The notes beneath the pieces were generated by a model that saw only the letters and a list, made by a program, of their open reading frames with translations, searched no databases and was not told where the DNA came from. From Fusobacteriota bacterium (lineage in GTDB: Bacteria > Fusobacteriota > Fusobacteriia > Fusobacteriales > JBNJFI01): 20,332 nt of DNA. Below, piece after piece: positions 8,406 through 17,806 of the stretch (within the stretch, counting starts at the first letter, position 1; every line of letters starts with the position of its first letter). A program made the translations under genes and the position numbers. Location: NCBI GenBank assembly GCA_051746725.1, contig JBNJFI010000033.1:1-20332 (forward strand). Reading direction: 5' to 3'.

Positions 8406-9460
8406 TTATTCTCCCTCCAAATATCCAATTCATCTATAATATCATCAACTGCATTTCCCTTTTTTAAAACTCTTAATCTAGAACTCATTTTACTCAGTTT
8501 TGATTCGTCTTTTATTATTTCAAACATTTTATTTATAGCTTTATTTATGTTTTCATCTTTGAATATATATGCCCCATTTACCTCTTCTAAAATCTTAGCA
8601 TTTTCCATCTGAAACCTAGGGATCAGAATAGAAGGCTTTTGCAATTCTATTAATTCTGATATTGTAAGTGCTCCAGCTCTACATAAAACTAAATCTGCAG
8701 CTGTCATTATTTTAGCCATATTTTCAAAGTATGGTCTTATTACATCATTTGATTTTCTAGTTTCTATTTTATTATTTATCTCTTTATAACCTGACTCTCC
8801 AGTTCCCCAATAAATTCTTATATCTTTTTCTTTTAATATGTCCTTCCATCTAGATAATATAGCCTGATTTATGCTTCTTGCTCCTAAACTTCCTCCTATA
8901 ATAAGAACCATCTTTTCATCTTTTTCTAGTTTTAAATCTTGCCTCTCTTTTTTATAATCCATTAAATAAAATTCTTTTCTTATGGGATTACCCGTAACCA
9001 TTAATTTATGATTATATTTTAATGGCATTCTATTAAATGTCTCATCAAAACTTAAAAAAGTTTTTTGTGAAAATCTATAGAATAATCTATTGGCCATTCC
9101 CATTTTCACATTTTGTTCCTGAAGATAATATTCTGTTCTTGTTAAAATAGAAGCTAAAATCATTGGAACTGTTATATAATTTCCAAATCCAATAACCACG
9201 CTGGGGTTTTCTCTTTTTATTATTCCTATGCTCATAAATAAAGATTTCATTAACTTTATTACAGATTTTAAAGTTTTAAAAGGTCTAATTGGTAAGCCTA
9301 TAAATTTAAAATTATTCTCAGGTATTATGTCTTTTTCCATTCTATAATCTGTACCTACAAAAATAACTTCTATCCCTTTTTCTCTTAACTTTTTTGCCAA
9401 TGCCATGGCTGGATATATGTGACCACCAGTTCCTCCTGTACTTATTATAACTTTATTCAT
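8402..9460 (-). CDS. murG: Undecaprenyl-PP-MurNAc-pentapeptide GlcNAc transferase
   Basis: GGTGGHIYPA, QEQN, TGNPIR, GGSLGA, RAGALTISEL; 4-bp overlap with murC. Confidence 0.98.
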   Translation of the reverse strand: MNKVIISTGGTGGHIYPAMALAKKLREKGIEVIFVGTDYRMEKDIIPENNFKFIGLPIRPFKTLKSVIKLMKSLFMSIGIIKRENPSVVIGFGNYITVPMILASILTRTEYYLQEQNVKMGMANRLFYRFSQKTFLSFDETFNRMPLKYNHKLMVTGNPIRKEFYLMDYKKERQDLKLEKDEKMVLIIGGSLGARSINQAILSRWKDILKEKDIRIYWGTGESGYKEINNKIETRKSNDVIRPYFENMAKIMTAADLVLCRAGALTISELIELQKPSILIPRFQMENAKILEEVNGAYIFKDENINKAINKMFEIIKDESKLSKMSSRLRVLKKGNAVDDIIDELDIWRENK

Positions 9461-10556
9461 ACTCTTCTCCTCTTTTTATTATATTTAATAAAATTCCCAA
9501 AGAGCTTAAAATCGCTATTGCTGAACTTCCCCCGGTACTTATCAAGGGAAGAGGAATTCCTGTTGCTGGAACCATACCTAGCACAACAAGAATATTAAGC
9601 ATAACCTGTATTATTATCAAACAAGTAATTCCAAGGGCTAAATATTTTCCATAATAATCTTTTGTCTTGATTACTGTTTTTATTCCTATAAACATAATCA
9701 TTAAATATAATATAATTAATATAATAACTCCAATGAATCCAACCTCTTCTGCTATTATAGATAATATGAAATCTGTATGTCTTTCTGGTAAATAATAGTA
9801 TTTTTGTAACCCTTTACCATAGCCTACTCCTGTTAGTCCTCCATTTCCCACTGCAATAAGAGATTGTCTTACCTGATATCCTCCCCCTATGAAGTTTTCT
9901 TTCATTCCATTTATATAAGACATAATTCTTTGTTGTCTGTTTTCACTTATGGATATTCCCCAAATACCTAATAATAAATATATCCCCCAGAACATTAAAT
10001 AATATCCTATTTTTACATTTGTAAAAAATAACATTATTGCTCCTACTAAAAATAAATGTAAGGATGTGCTTAAATCTCGTTCTAAAAATATTAGTCCCAC
10101 GTAGATACTAATTAATATAAATCCAGGAACTAAAATCCCTAGGTTTTCTTTCCCAACTTTTTTGAATTTCGATAATACTCCAGAAAAGAAAATTATAAAT
10201 GCTACTTTTGCAAACTCTGCTGGCTGTATTGTACCTATTCCTATACTAATCCATCTTTTAGCGCCATTTCTTTCTATACCTATTGTTAATACAAGTATCA
10301 GAGCAATAATACCTAGTAGTAATATAGCTCCTTTGAAGCGTTCGTATATTTTATAATCAATTTTACTTAAAATAAACATCATAATTAAGCCAAGAATATA
10401 CCAAATTGTCTGTTTTACAATAAAATGATTTCCATTATTATATCTTTCTATCCCTGTTGGAAAGCTAGCACTATATATAAAGGCTAATCCAATAACAACT
10501 AAAAACATAACTATTATAATCAAAGCTCGGACTCTATTTCTTCTTTTTTCAAACAT
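9453..10556 (-). CDS. ftsW: SEDS family peptidoglycan glycosyltransferase FtsW
   Basis: Multi-TM; GAKRWI, IQPAEFAK, GYQVRQSLIAVGNGG, YLPERHTDFI, PATGIPLPLISTGGS. Start moved to ATG 10556 (GGAG SD upstream) from TTG 10568. Confidence 0.93.
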   Translation of the reverse strand: MFEKRRNRVRALIIIVMFLVVIGLAFIYSASFPTGIERYNNGNHFIVKQTIWYILGLIMMFILSKIDYKIYERFKGAILLLGIIALILVLTIGIERNGAKRWISIGIGTIQPAEFAKVAFIIFFSGVLSKFKKVGKENLGILVPGFILISIYVGLIFLERDLSTSLHLFLVGAIMLFFTNVKIGYYLMFWGIYLLLGIWGISISENRQQRIMSYINGMKENFIGGGYQVRQSLIAVGNGGLTGVGYGKGLQKYYYLPERHTDFILSIIAEEVGFIGVIILIILYLMIMFIGIKTVIKTKDYYGKYLALGITCLIIIQVMLNILVVLGMVPATGIPLPLISTGGSSAIAILSSLGILLNIIKRGEEYE

Positions 10557-11859
10557 TTTCAACTCCAATATTTTTTATTATATCTTTAAATTGTCTTCCT
10601 CTCTCCTCATAATTTTTAAACTGGTCATAACTAGATGCTGCTGGAGAAAACAATACTACATTTTTATTGTTAAAATCTATATTTTCTAAAAGACTTTTTT
10701 CTAAGTTTTCTAACTTGATTATATTAAAAATATTCTTTTTAGAATAATTTAACTCCATTAGTTTATTTTCAATCTTTTTTGCTGTCTCACCTATCAAAAA
10801 TATTTTCTTTGCTTTTTTCCCCATTAATTCTATCAGATTATCTAAATCTAAATCCTTATCTTTTCCACCGGTAATTAATATTATATCATCAAAACTTTCT
10901 ATTGCCTTTTTTGCAGAATCAATATTTGTAGCCTTCGAGTCATTAATAAAGATCGTATTCTTAATTTTTAAAAAATTTTCCATTCTATGTTCTAGTGGTG
11001 ATGTATTTATAATAAAATTTTGAATCTTTTCGTTAGATATACCAATTTCTCTTGCAACTGCTATTATAAAAAGTATGTTCTCAATATTATGTTTTCCCTT
11101 TAATTTTATATCTTTTATGCTTATTTTTTTATCTTTATCTAAGATTATCTTTGCTCTTTTAGCATCGCTTTTTACAGGTAAATCTCCTTTACCAGTTTGA
11201 GAGATAAATATTTTTCTAGCATTGATATTAATCTTTTTTAAAAGATCCATAGTTGCTTTATTGTCAGCATTCAAAATTGCTATATTATTTTTAGTTTGAT
11301 TTTTAAAAATCTTAAATTTTGTTCCATAATATTCTTCTTTATTCTTATAACGATTCAAATGATCAGGCGTCAAATTTGTCAATATACTTATATTAGGTCT
11401 AAATTTTTTAATATGTTCTAATTGAAAACTACTCACCTCTAGCACAATAAAATCATATTTTTTTCCAGTGGCTACAACTTTTGCAAAAGATCTTCCAATA
11501 TTACCAGCACTTATAACATCATATCCTGAAAATTTTAGAAGCTCGGTTAATTTAGTTGTAACAGTGGTTTTTCCATTAGCTCCAGTTATAGCTATTATTT
11601 TGGACTCACAATATCTATAAGCCAACTCAATTTCATCTATTATTTCAACATTTGCCTCAATTGCTTTTTTTATTATTTTTTTATCGTTAGGAATCCCTGG
11701 ACTTTTAATCATATAATCATATTTTGGGAGTTCATTTATCACTTGATTTTGATCATAAGCAATATTATCATCAATAATATCGAACTTTTGACCATCTTTT
11801 TTTAATAAATTACATGCTCCTTGTCCACTTTTACCATTCCCATATATTAAATATCTCAT
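10549..11859 (-). CDS. murD: UDP-N-acetylmuramoyl-L-alanine--D-glutamate ligase
   Basis: KSPGIP, ITGANGKTT, GNIG, EVSSFQLE, NLTPDHLNRY, NDSKATN, SPAASSYDQFKNYEERG. Confidence 0.98.
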   Translation of the reverse strand: MRYLIYGNGKSGQGACNLLKKDGQKFDIIDDNIAYDQNQVINELPKYDYMIKSPGIPNDKKIIKKAIEANVEIIDEIELAYRYCESKIIAITGANGKTTVTTKLTELLKFSGYDVISAGNIGRSFAKVVATGKKYDFIVLEVSSFQLEHIKKFRPNISILTNLTPDHLNRYKNKEEYYGTKFKIFKNQTKNNIAILNADNKATMDLLKKININARKIFISQTGKGDLPVKSDAKRAKIILDKDKKISIKDIKLKGKHNIENILFIIAVAREIGISNEKIQNFIINTSPLEHRMENFLKIKNTIFINDSKATNIDSAKKAIESFDDIILITGGKDKDLDLDNLIELMGKKAKKIFLIGETAKKIENKLMELNYSKKNIFNIIKLENLEKSLLENIDFNNKNVVLFSPAASSYDQFKNYEERGRQFKDIIKNIGVENV

Positions 11860-11862
11860 ATA

Positions 11863-13896
11863 TTACCCCTTATATTTTATTGGAAAAACAATTATAAATT
11901 CTGCTCCATTATCATAATCTTTATTAATTCTAATTGTTCCATTATGATCTTCTATTATCTTTTTGACCATTGCCAATCCCAATCCTGTTCCATTTTTTTT
12001 GTGGGAAGTAAATGGCATAAATATTTTATCTTTAATATTATTTGGTATTCCAGGCCCATTATCTCTACACCTTATGATTACCTTATTTCCTTTTCTTTCT
12101 CCTGTTATTGTTATTTCCTTATTACTTCTTTTTATTGCTTCTATACTATTTGAGATTATATTCATGAAAACTTGTATAATCTTGTCTTTATCTCCTAATA
12201 TAGGAGGAATATTGTTTGGCATTTCTAAGTTAACCTTAATATGCTTTTTAGATATTCTTGGAGCTAATTTATCCAATACCTGATCCACTAATAACCTGAT
12301 TCTTATTCTTCCTTGTACCGATTTATCTCCTGGTCTGCTATACTCTAATAAATCCTGAACTAATTTATTTAATCTATCTGTTTCATTGGAAATTACTTTA
12401 CTATATCTTTCAATCTCATCTTCTGTTACATCTCCCCTTAATAATTCAGCAAAACCAGAAATACTAGCTAAAGGATTTTTTATTTCATGAACTACACCAC
12501 TTACAAGTTGTCCAACACTAGATAATCTTTCAGCTTGTGCTTTCTTTCTTTCTAATTTCTTAGATATTTCTATCATTTCTATTAAATCATTTTTCATATT
12601 GGTAAACTCATTGGCTAGTACTCCTAGTTCATCTCTTCGTTTAAGGGATTCTTCACTTAACTCATAATTTAGATTCCCAGAAGATATCTTCTTAACTGCA
12701 AATAAAAGGTCTGAAATAGGGTTAACCATACTATTAGCTAAAAATATTCCTATTAAAATCGAAATAAGTATTCCAAATCCAAAGACCATTATTCCAACTT
12801 TATATATTTTTTTTACAAAGTCCCCTAAAGCTAAGTCTCCTTCTTTTTTGACCTGTTTTATAGTTTCATCAAATTCATGATTTAATTTTTCGTTAAATGA
12901 ATTAAAACTAAGTTCTATTTTTTCTCTAGAATCTTTTTTCAATTCTTCTACTCCAGAAAAAGCATCTTGTATATATTCCTTTATTACTATAAAAAGATCT
13001 TCAGAAAGAACTTCCTGAGAATTAGATTCAATTTTATAAATTGTATATATAATATCTCCTGTTACAATCTGTTGCATATCTTTTCTAGTATCATAGGTGA
13101 CCCTACTAAATTTGACACCATCATAATTATCGTTTTTATGATCTATTATTGTTCTATTAGAGTCCGTTACAAATATTGTCCTATCACTTCCTAGATTTAT
13201 CCCCTTTATCATATCCTCTAAAAGATTTTTGATCTTATATTTCCCTACTACAAATCCATTATATTTTTTTTCATCATCTAATATTGAGTACCCTAAATAT
13301 ATATATTCTTTTTCAACCACATTTGAATAATAAACTTTTTTGTTTCTAGTCACTTTCATAGCTTCATCTAAATTAAAATTTTCTGAAATATTTCCTATCT
13401 TTAACACAGGATCTATTGTCTCATCATATACTATAAATCCACTATACAGTTCACTTTTTCTTAACTTTTTTGCAAAAAAGTCCTCTTGTTCTCTATATTT
13501 ATCCCACCAGAAAATAGGTGCGTTGAGTTCATTTTTCATAATTAGATTTTCTTTTAAAAGTTTTCCTTTAAAGTTAGATTCAAACATTTCCAAAATTGTC
13601 TTATTATTATTTTTTGATGTTTCTTTTATAAATTTGTCAATTTTAGTTCTAGTTTTATTAAATATTTCATCATTGGTATCAGTTATTATTTTTTTCCCTT
13701 TTTGAGTAACTGAATCAAAGGAATCCAATATCATCTCCCTATTAGATTCTAAAATACTTCGATTGAAATCTTCAATTTCATATTTTAAATTAAAATATAA
13801 CATGATAATAACCGATGAAGTTACTACTGCAGAAAAAAATATTAAAACCATAATTATATAACTTTTTAAGGATTTCTTTTTTTTCTCTTTTGCCAT
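11863..13896 (-). CDS. Membrane sensor histidine kinase (2 TM, Cache-like extracytoplasmic domain, HAMP, HisKA, HATPase_c)
   Basis: TM1 ~13-36, TM2 ~367-387; HAMP NPISDL...GNL...RRDELGVLANEF; H-box VVHEIKNPL (His470); N-box QVFMNIISNSIEA; G1 DNGPGI; F-box IFMPF; G2 GTGLGL. SD AAGGGGG. Confidence 0.96.
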   Translation of the reverse strand: MAKEKKKKSLKSYIIMVLIFFSAVVTSSVIIMLYFNLKYEIEDFNRSILESNREMILDSFDSVTQKGKKIITDTNDEIFNKTRTKIDKFIKETSKNNNKTILEMFESNFKGKLLKENLIMKNELNAPIFWWDKYREQEDFFAKKLRKSELYSGFIVYDETIDPVLKIGNISENFNLDEAMKVTRNKKVYYSNVVEKEYIYLGYSILDDEKKYNGFVVGKYKIKNLLEDMIKGINLGSDRTIFVTDSNRTIIDHKNDNYDGVKFSRVTYDTRKDMQQIVTGDIIYTIYKIESNSQEVLSEDLFIVIKEYIQDAFSGVEELKKDSREKIELSFNSFNEKLNHEFDETIKQVKKEGDLALGDFVKKIYKVGIMVFGFGILISILIGIFLANSMVNPISDLLFAVKKISSGNLNYELSEESLKRRDELGVLANEFTNMKNDLIEMIEISKKLERKKAQAERLSSVGQLVSGVVHEIKNPLASISGFAELLRGDVTEDEIERYSKVISNETDRLNKLVQDLLEYSRPGDKSVQGRIRIRLLVDQVLDKLAPRISKKHIKVNLEMPNNIPPILGDKDKIIQVFMNIISNSIEAIKRSNKEITITGERKGNKVIIRCRDNGPGIPNNIKDKIFMPFTSHKKNGTGLGLAMVKKIIEDHNGTIRINKDYDNGAEFIIVFPIKYKG

Positions 13897-13915
13897 GAAT
13901 TTCCCCCTTGTTTAA

Positions 13916-15007
13916 TCATCTTATTTTTAAAATAATAAGTCCTAAAACTGCAAAAAGTATCGACGTAATCCAAAACCTAATAGTTACTTTTGTCTCAGCT
14001 AACCCCATTAATTCAAAATGATGATGTATTGGGGCCATTTTAAATATCCTCTTTTTTTTCATCTTATAAGATCCTACTTGTAATATGACTGAAAATGTTT
14101 CTATTACAAATACTGCTCCTATAATTGGAAGTAATAATTCCTGTTTTAAAAATATAGATATCATTCCTATTATACCACCTAAAGTAAGTGAACCTGTATC
14201 CCCCATAAATATTTGAGCAGGATAAAAATTATACCACAAAAAACCTAGTCCTGAGCCAAGTATAGAAGCTACAAATATGAGAATTTCTCCAACGCCTTCT
14301 ATATAATATAAATTTAAATACGAACTCCACTGGGCATGACCAGTTAAATAAGCAATAACTCCTAATACAAATATTACTATCATAACAGGAACAATTACTA
14401 ATCCATCTAAACCATCAGTTATATTAACGGCATTAGAAGTTCCAGATAAAATAAATATTATAAGTAATAAATACAAAAAAGCGCCTATAAATAAATAACT
14501 ATTTTTCATAATAGGATTTATTAAAGAAAAATTCATAATCCCATCTAACAAAGGGAATTTTAACATAAACCCCCAAATTATTATCCCTATTATAACTTGT
14601 CCTAGAATTTTCTTGACAGGAGATAGGCCATCTTTATTTTTACCGCTCCATTTTAAATAATCATCTAAAAATCCAATACTTGCAAATAATATCGTAGCTA
14701 ACATCAAAATTATAGTAAACTTATTTGTCAGTCTTCCTGTTATTAAATTTGTAAATATTATAGAAACTACAATTAAAACTCCACCCATTGTGGGGGTTCC
14801 TTCCTTAACTGCATGGGTATCAGGACCCAACTTTCTTATTCCCTCTCCTATCTTTTTTGAGCGCAGATACTTAATAAAAGGTTTCCCTAAAATCCAAACT
14901 ACAAAAAAGGATATTAAAAAAGATAATAATGTCCTTATGGATATATATCTAAAAACTCTCATAAATGAGATGTTGTCTATTAATAACTGTTGTAAATAAT
15001 ATAACAT
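13916..15007 (-). CDS. mraY: Phospho-N-acetylmuramoyl-pentapeptide transferase
   Basis: KEGTPTMGG, IGFLDDY, SNAVNITDGLDGL, PAQIFMGDTGS, MAPIHHHFE. Confidence 0.99.
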   Translation of the reverse strand: MLYYLQQLLIDNISFMRVFRYISIRTLLSFLISFFVVWILGKPFIKYLRSKKIGEGIRKLGPDTHAVKEGTPTMGGVLIVVSIIFTNLITGRLTNKFTIILMLATILFASIGFLDDYLKWSGKNKDGLSPVKKILGQVIIGIIIWGFMLKFPLLDGIMNFSLINPIMKNSYLFIGAFLYLLLIIFILSGTSNAVNITDGLDGLVIVPVMIVIFVLGVIAYLTGHAQWSSYLNLYYIEGVGEILIFVASILGSGLGFLWYNFYPAQIFMGDTGSLTLGGIIGMISIFLKQELLLPIIGAVFVIETFSVILQVGSYKMKKKRIFKMAPIHHHFELMGLAETKVTIRFWITSILFAVLGLIILKIR

Positions 15008-15010
15008 ATT

Positions 15011-16354
15011 CTACTCCTCTATAATTTTTTCTAACTTCATCCCCCTTGATCCTTTTAAAAATATAACTTTTTCTTCTTCTATCTCAAAAATTTTCTTTTT
15101 AATTTCTCGTTTTGTTTTAAACCACTTAATATTATTTATTTTTATATTCTCTTTTTTGATATTATTATATAAATATCTCATGTTTTTTCCATACAGAAAA
15201 ACATGATTAAATTTATATTTCTTTATCTCTTCTTTTAGGTTAGAATGTAAGTTATAGCTTTCCTCTCCTAATTCTAACATATCTCCTAGAACTATCACTT
15301 TTATTTTATCATTATACACATTTGAAAAAAATTCTAGTCCGGATTTAACAGAGGTAGGATTTGCATTATAAGCATCATTTATATATATAGTTTTTCCTTT
15401 TTTTATTATTTGATTTCTCATCCCAGATATATCTATATTTTTTAAACCTTTTCGGATTGATTTCATATCTAAATTTAACTCAACGGCAATTCCTATTGCC
15501 AATAAAGAATCTACTACATTATGCTTTCCCAAGAGATCTAATTGAATTTTTAGATACTTATTTTCATTTATTTTTAAGTCATAATAACTAATACCTTTTC
15601 TGTGATCCATAACTATATTTTGAGCAACTATAGCATTTTTAGATTTAAAACCAACTTTAAGTCCATCTATTTTTTCGAGATATTCATCATCGCCATTTAT
15701 TACAACTTTTTGGTCTATATGTTTTAACATCTCCGTTTTTGCTTTAAATATGTTTTCCTTTGTTTTCAATTGTTCTAAATGCGCTTCTCCTATATTAGTT
15801 ATTATCCCATAATTTGGTTGAGCTATTTTACATAGAAAATCTATTTCTCCTAAACCACTCATTCCCATTTCTAATATCAAATACTCTGTATCTTTTTTCA
15901 GATTTAATATAGTAAGTGGTAAGCCTATATGATTATTATAATTCCCTTTGGTTTTTAAAGTTTTAGATTTTTCTTTTAATATACTATTCAATATATCCTT
16001 TGTTGTTGTTTTTCCATTACTACCTGTAATTGCAATTACTGTAGGATTGATTTCCATTCTATAATAAGTAGCAAATTCCTGTAAAAATTTTATACTACTT
16101 TTAACCTTTATTAATTTAATCTCTTCAGGTAAAACCAGACCTTTGATCGCATCTTTTCTATCATATATAATAAGGCTAGCTTCTTTATTTATAGCATCTT
16201 TTAAGTAATTATTTCCACCTCTAATTGCCAAAAAAGCATCCCCTTTTTTGACCTCTTTACTATTTGATTTTATAGAATTTATTTCTAAAGTTTTGTCCAT
16301 TTCTAATAAACTTTTTTGATTTAAATACTCCTTTAGCTTTTCTCCTATATACAC
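15011..16354 (-). CDS. murF: UDP-N-acetylmuramoyl-tripeptide--D-Ala-D-Ala ligase
   Basis: ITGSNGKTTTK, NYNNHIGLPLT, EMGMS, NIGEAHLE, NDAYNANP, GDMLELG, KGSRG. Probable start GTG 16354 (SD AAAGGGG just after the ribBA stop) rather than ATG 16393. Confidence 0.96.
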   Translation of the reverse strand: MYIGEKLKEYLNQKSLLEMDKTLEINSIKSNSKEVKKGDAFLAIRGGNNYLKDAINKEASLIIYDRKDAIKGLVLPEEIKLIKVKSSIKFLQEFATYYRMEINPTVIAITGSNGKTTTKDILNSILKEKSKTLKTKGNYNNHIGLPLTILNLKKDTEYLILEMGMSGLGEIDFLCKIAQPNYGIITNIGEAHLEQLKTKENIFKAKTEMLKHIDQKVVINGDDEYLEKIDGLKVGFKSKNAIVAQNIVMDHRKGISYYDLKINENKYLKIQLDLLGKHNVVDSLLAIGIAVELNLDMKSIRKGLKNIDISGMRNQIIKKGKTIYINDAYNANPTSVKSGLEFFSNVYNDKIKVIVLGDMLELGEESYNLHSNLKEEIKKYKFNHVFLYGKNMRYLYNNIKKENIKINNIKWFKTKREIKKKIFEIEEEKVIFLKGSRGMKLEKIIEE

Positions 16355-16367
16355 AATTACCCCTTTA

Positions 16368-17588
16368 TTATTTTTTCTTATTTTTCTCTTCATTTATATT
16401 TAAAATATGTCCTAATTTTTCCTCTTTGGTTTTGAGGTATTTTTCATTTTCTTTGTTCCAACCAACTTTTAAAGGCATTCTTTCAGTTACTTTAATTCCA
16501 TACCCATTTAATCCTACAATTTTTCTAGGATTATTTGTAAGTAACTTAATGGTAGTAAGTCCTAAATCTGCTATTATTTGAGCACCTACTCCATATTCTC
16601 TTAAATCATCTTTAAATCCCAATTCATTATTAGCTTCTACTGTATCAAAACCTTGATCTTGGAGATTATATGCATGAATTTTATGATTTAACCCTATTCC
16701 TCTTCCTTCTTGTCTGAGATATATAATTGCTCCTTGTCCCTCTTCTTCTATCATTGCCATTGCTGCATGTAGTTGATTTCCACAGTCACATCTTTTTGAC
16801 CCAAAAACATCTCCTGTAAGGCATTCAGAGTGAACTCTAACTAATACATCTTCTTTTCCTTTAATGTCTCCTTTTACTAAGGCAACATGTTCTTCATTAT
16901 CTATGTCATTTTCATATGAATAAATCATAAAATCTCCATATTTTGTTGGCATTTTTGCAGTTTTTAACCTTCGAACCATCTTTTCTGTCTGTTTTCTATA
17001 TTTAATCATATCTTCTATACTTATTATTTTCAAATCATATTTTTGAGCAATTTTTTTTAATTGTGGAAGCCTTGCCATAGTTCCATCTTCGTTTAATATC
17101 TCACATATAACTCCACCTGGTTTTAATCCAGCTAATTTAGCCAAATCAACTGCTGCTTCTGTGTGACCTGCTCGTTCTAATACTCCGCCACTTTTAGCTA
17201 TCAATGGGAAGATATGTCCAGGTTTTCTAAAATCACTTCCACTTACATCCTTTTCCATTAATTCTTTTATTGTGTTTGATCTGTCCTCTGCTGATATTCC
17301 AGTTGTAGTTCCCTTTTTAGAATCCACTGAAACTGTAAAAGCAGTTCCATATTTATCTGTGTTTTCTCCAACCATAGGACCTAAATTAAGTTTATTGGCT
17401 CTATCTATATCTATAGGAGCACATATTAGCCCTCTCCCTTTTTTGGTCATAAAATTTATTTTTTCAGGCGTTATTTTTTCAGCTGCCATTATTAAGTCGC
17501 CCTCATTTTCTCTATCGTCATCATCTACAACAATTACCATTTTTCCTTTTTTTATATCTTCTATTGCATCTTTTATCTTGTCTAACAT
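16368..17588 (-). CDS. ribBA: Bifunctional 3,4-dihydroxy-2-butanone-4-phosphate synthase / GTP cyclohydrolase II
   Basis: DRENEGD, FTVSVD, PGHIFPL, RAGHTE (RibB); [27 protein letters not shown] (RibA). Start corrected to ATG 17588 (GGAG SD). Confidence 0.97.
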   Translation of the reverse strand: MLDKIKDAIEDIKKGKMVIVVDDDDRENEGDLIMAAEKITPEKINFMTKKGRGLICAPIDIDRANKLNLGPMVGENTDKYGTAFTVSVDSKKGTTTGISAEDRSNTIKELMEKDVSGSDFRKPGHIFPLIAKSGGVLERAGHTEAAVDLAKLAGLKPGGVICEILNEDGTMARLPQLKKIAQKYDLKIISIEDMIKYRKQTEKMVRRLKTAKMPTKYGDFMIYSYENDIDNEEHVALVKGDIKGKEDVLVRVHSECLTGDVFGSKRCDCGNQLHAAMAMIEEEGQGAIIYLRQEGRGIGLNHKIHAYNLQDQGFDTVEANNELGFKDDLREYGVGAQIIADLGLTTIKLLTNNPRKIVGLNGYGIKVTERMPLKVGWNKENEKYLKTKEEKLGHILNINEEKNKKK

Positions 17589-17664
17589 ATTATTCACTCC
17601 AATCCATTCTAGGTATTTCCAGTCATTTTTCAAATTATTATATAAAAATGTATTCTTTCTCTTT

Positions 17665-17692
17665 ATTATACCATATATTAGTTGATTTTCAA
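17665..17692 (-). promoter_or_regulatory. Sigma70-type promoter upstream of ribBA-dcw
   Basis: TTGAAA (17692-17687), 16 bp, TATAAT (17670-17665) with TGn extended -10. Confidence 0.7.
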
Positions 17693-17762
17693 ATCTTATT
17701 TTATTTTGAATTTTTAAAATTTGATAAAGCAAAAAAATAGGCTAATTTTTATATTATAATTC

Positions 17763-17797
17763 AAAAAAGCAGGTTAAATTTAAATTCAACCTGCTTT
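17763..17797 (-). terminator. Rho-independent terminator after ribD
   Basis: Minus strand AAAGCAGGTT-GAATTTAAATTT-AACCTGC followed by TTTTTT, about 10 bp after the ribD stop. Confidence 0.85.
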
Positions 17798-17806
17798 AAA
17801 AATTAT

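Noticed and set aside
17589..17732. 48-aa N-terminal extension of RibBA in the ORF track
   Set aside because: It runs through the predicted promoter; family similarity and an SD begin at ATG 17588.
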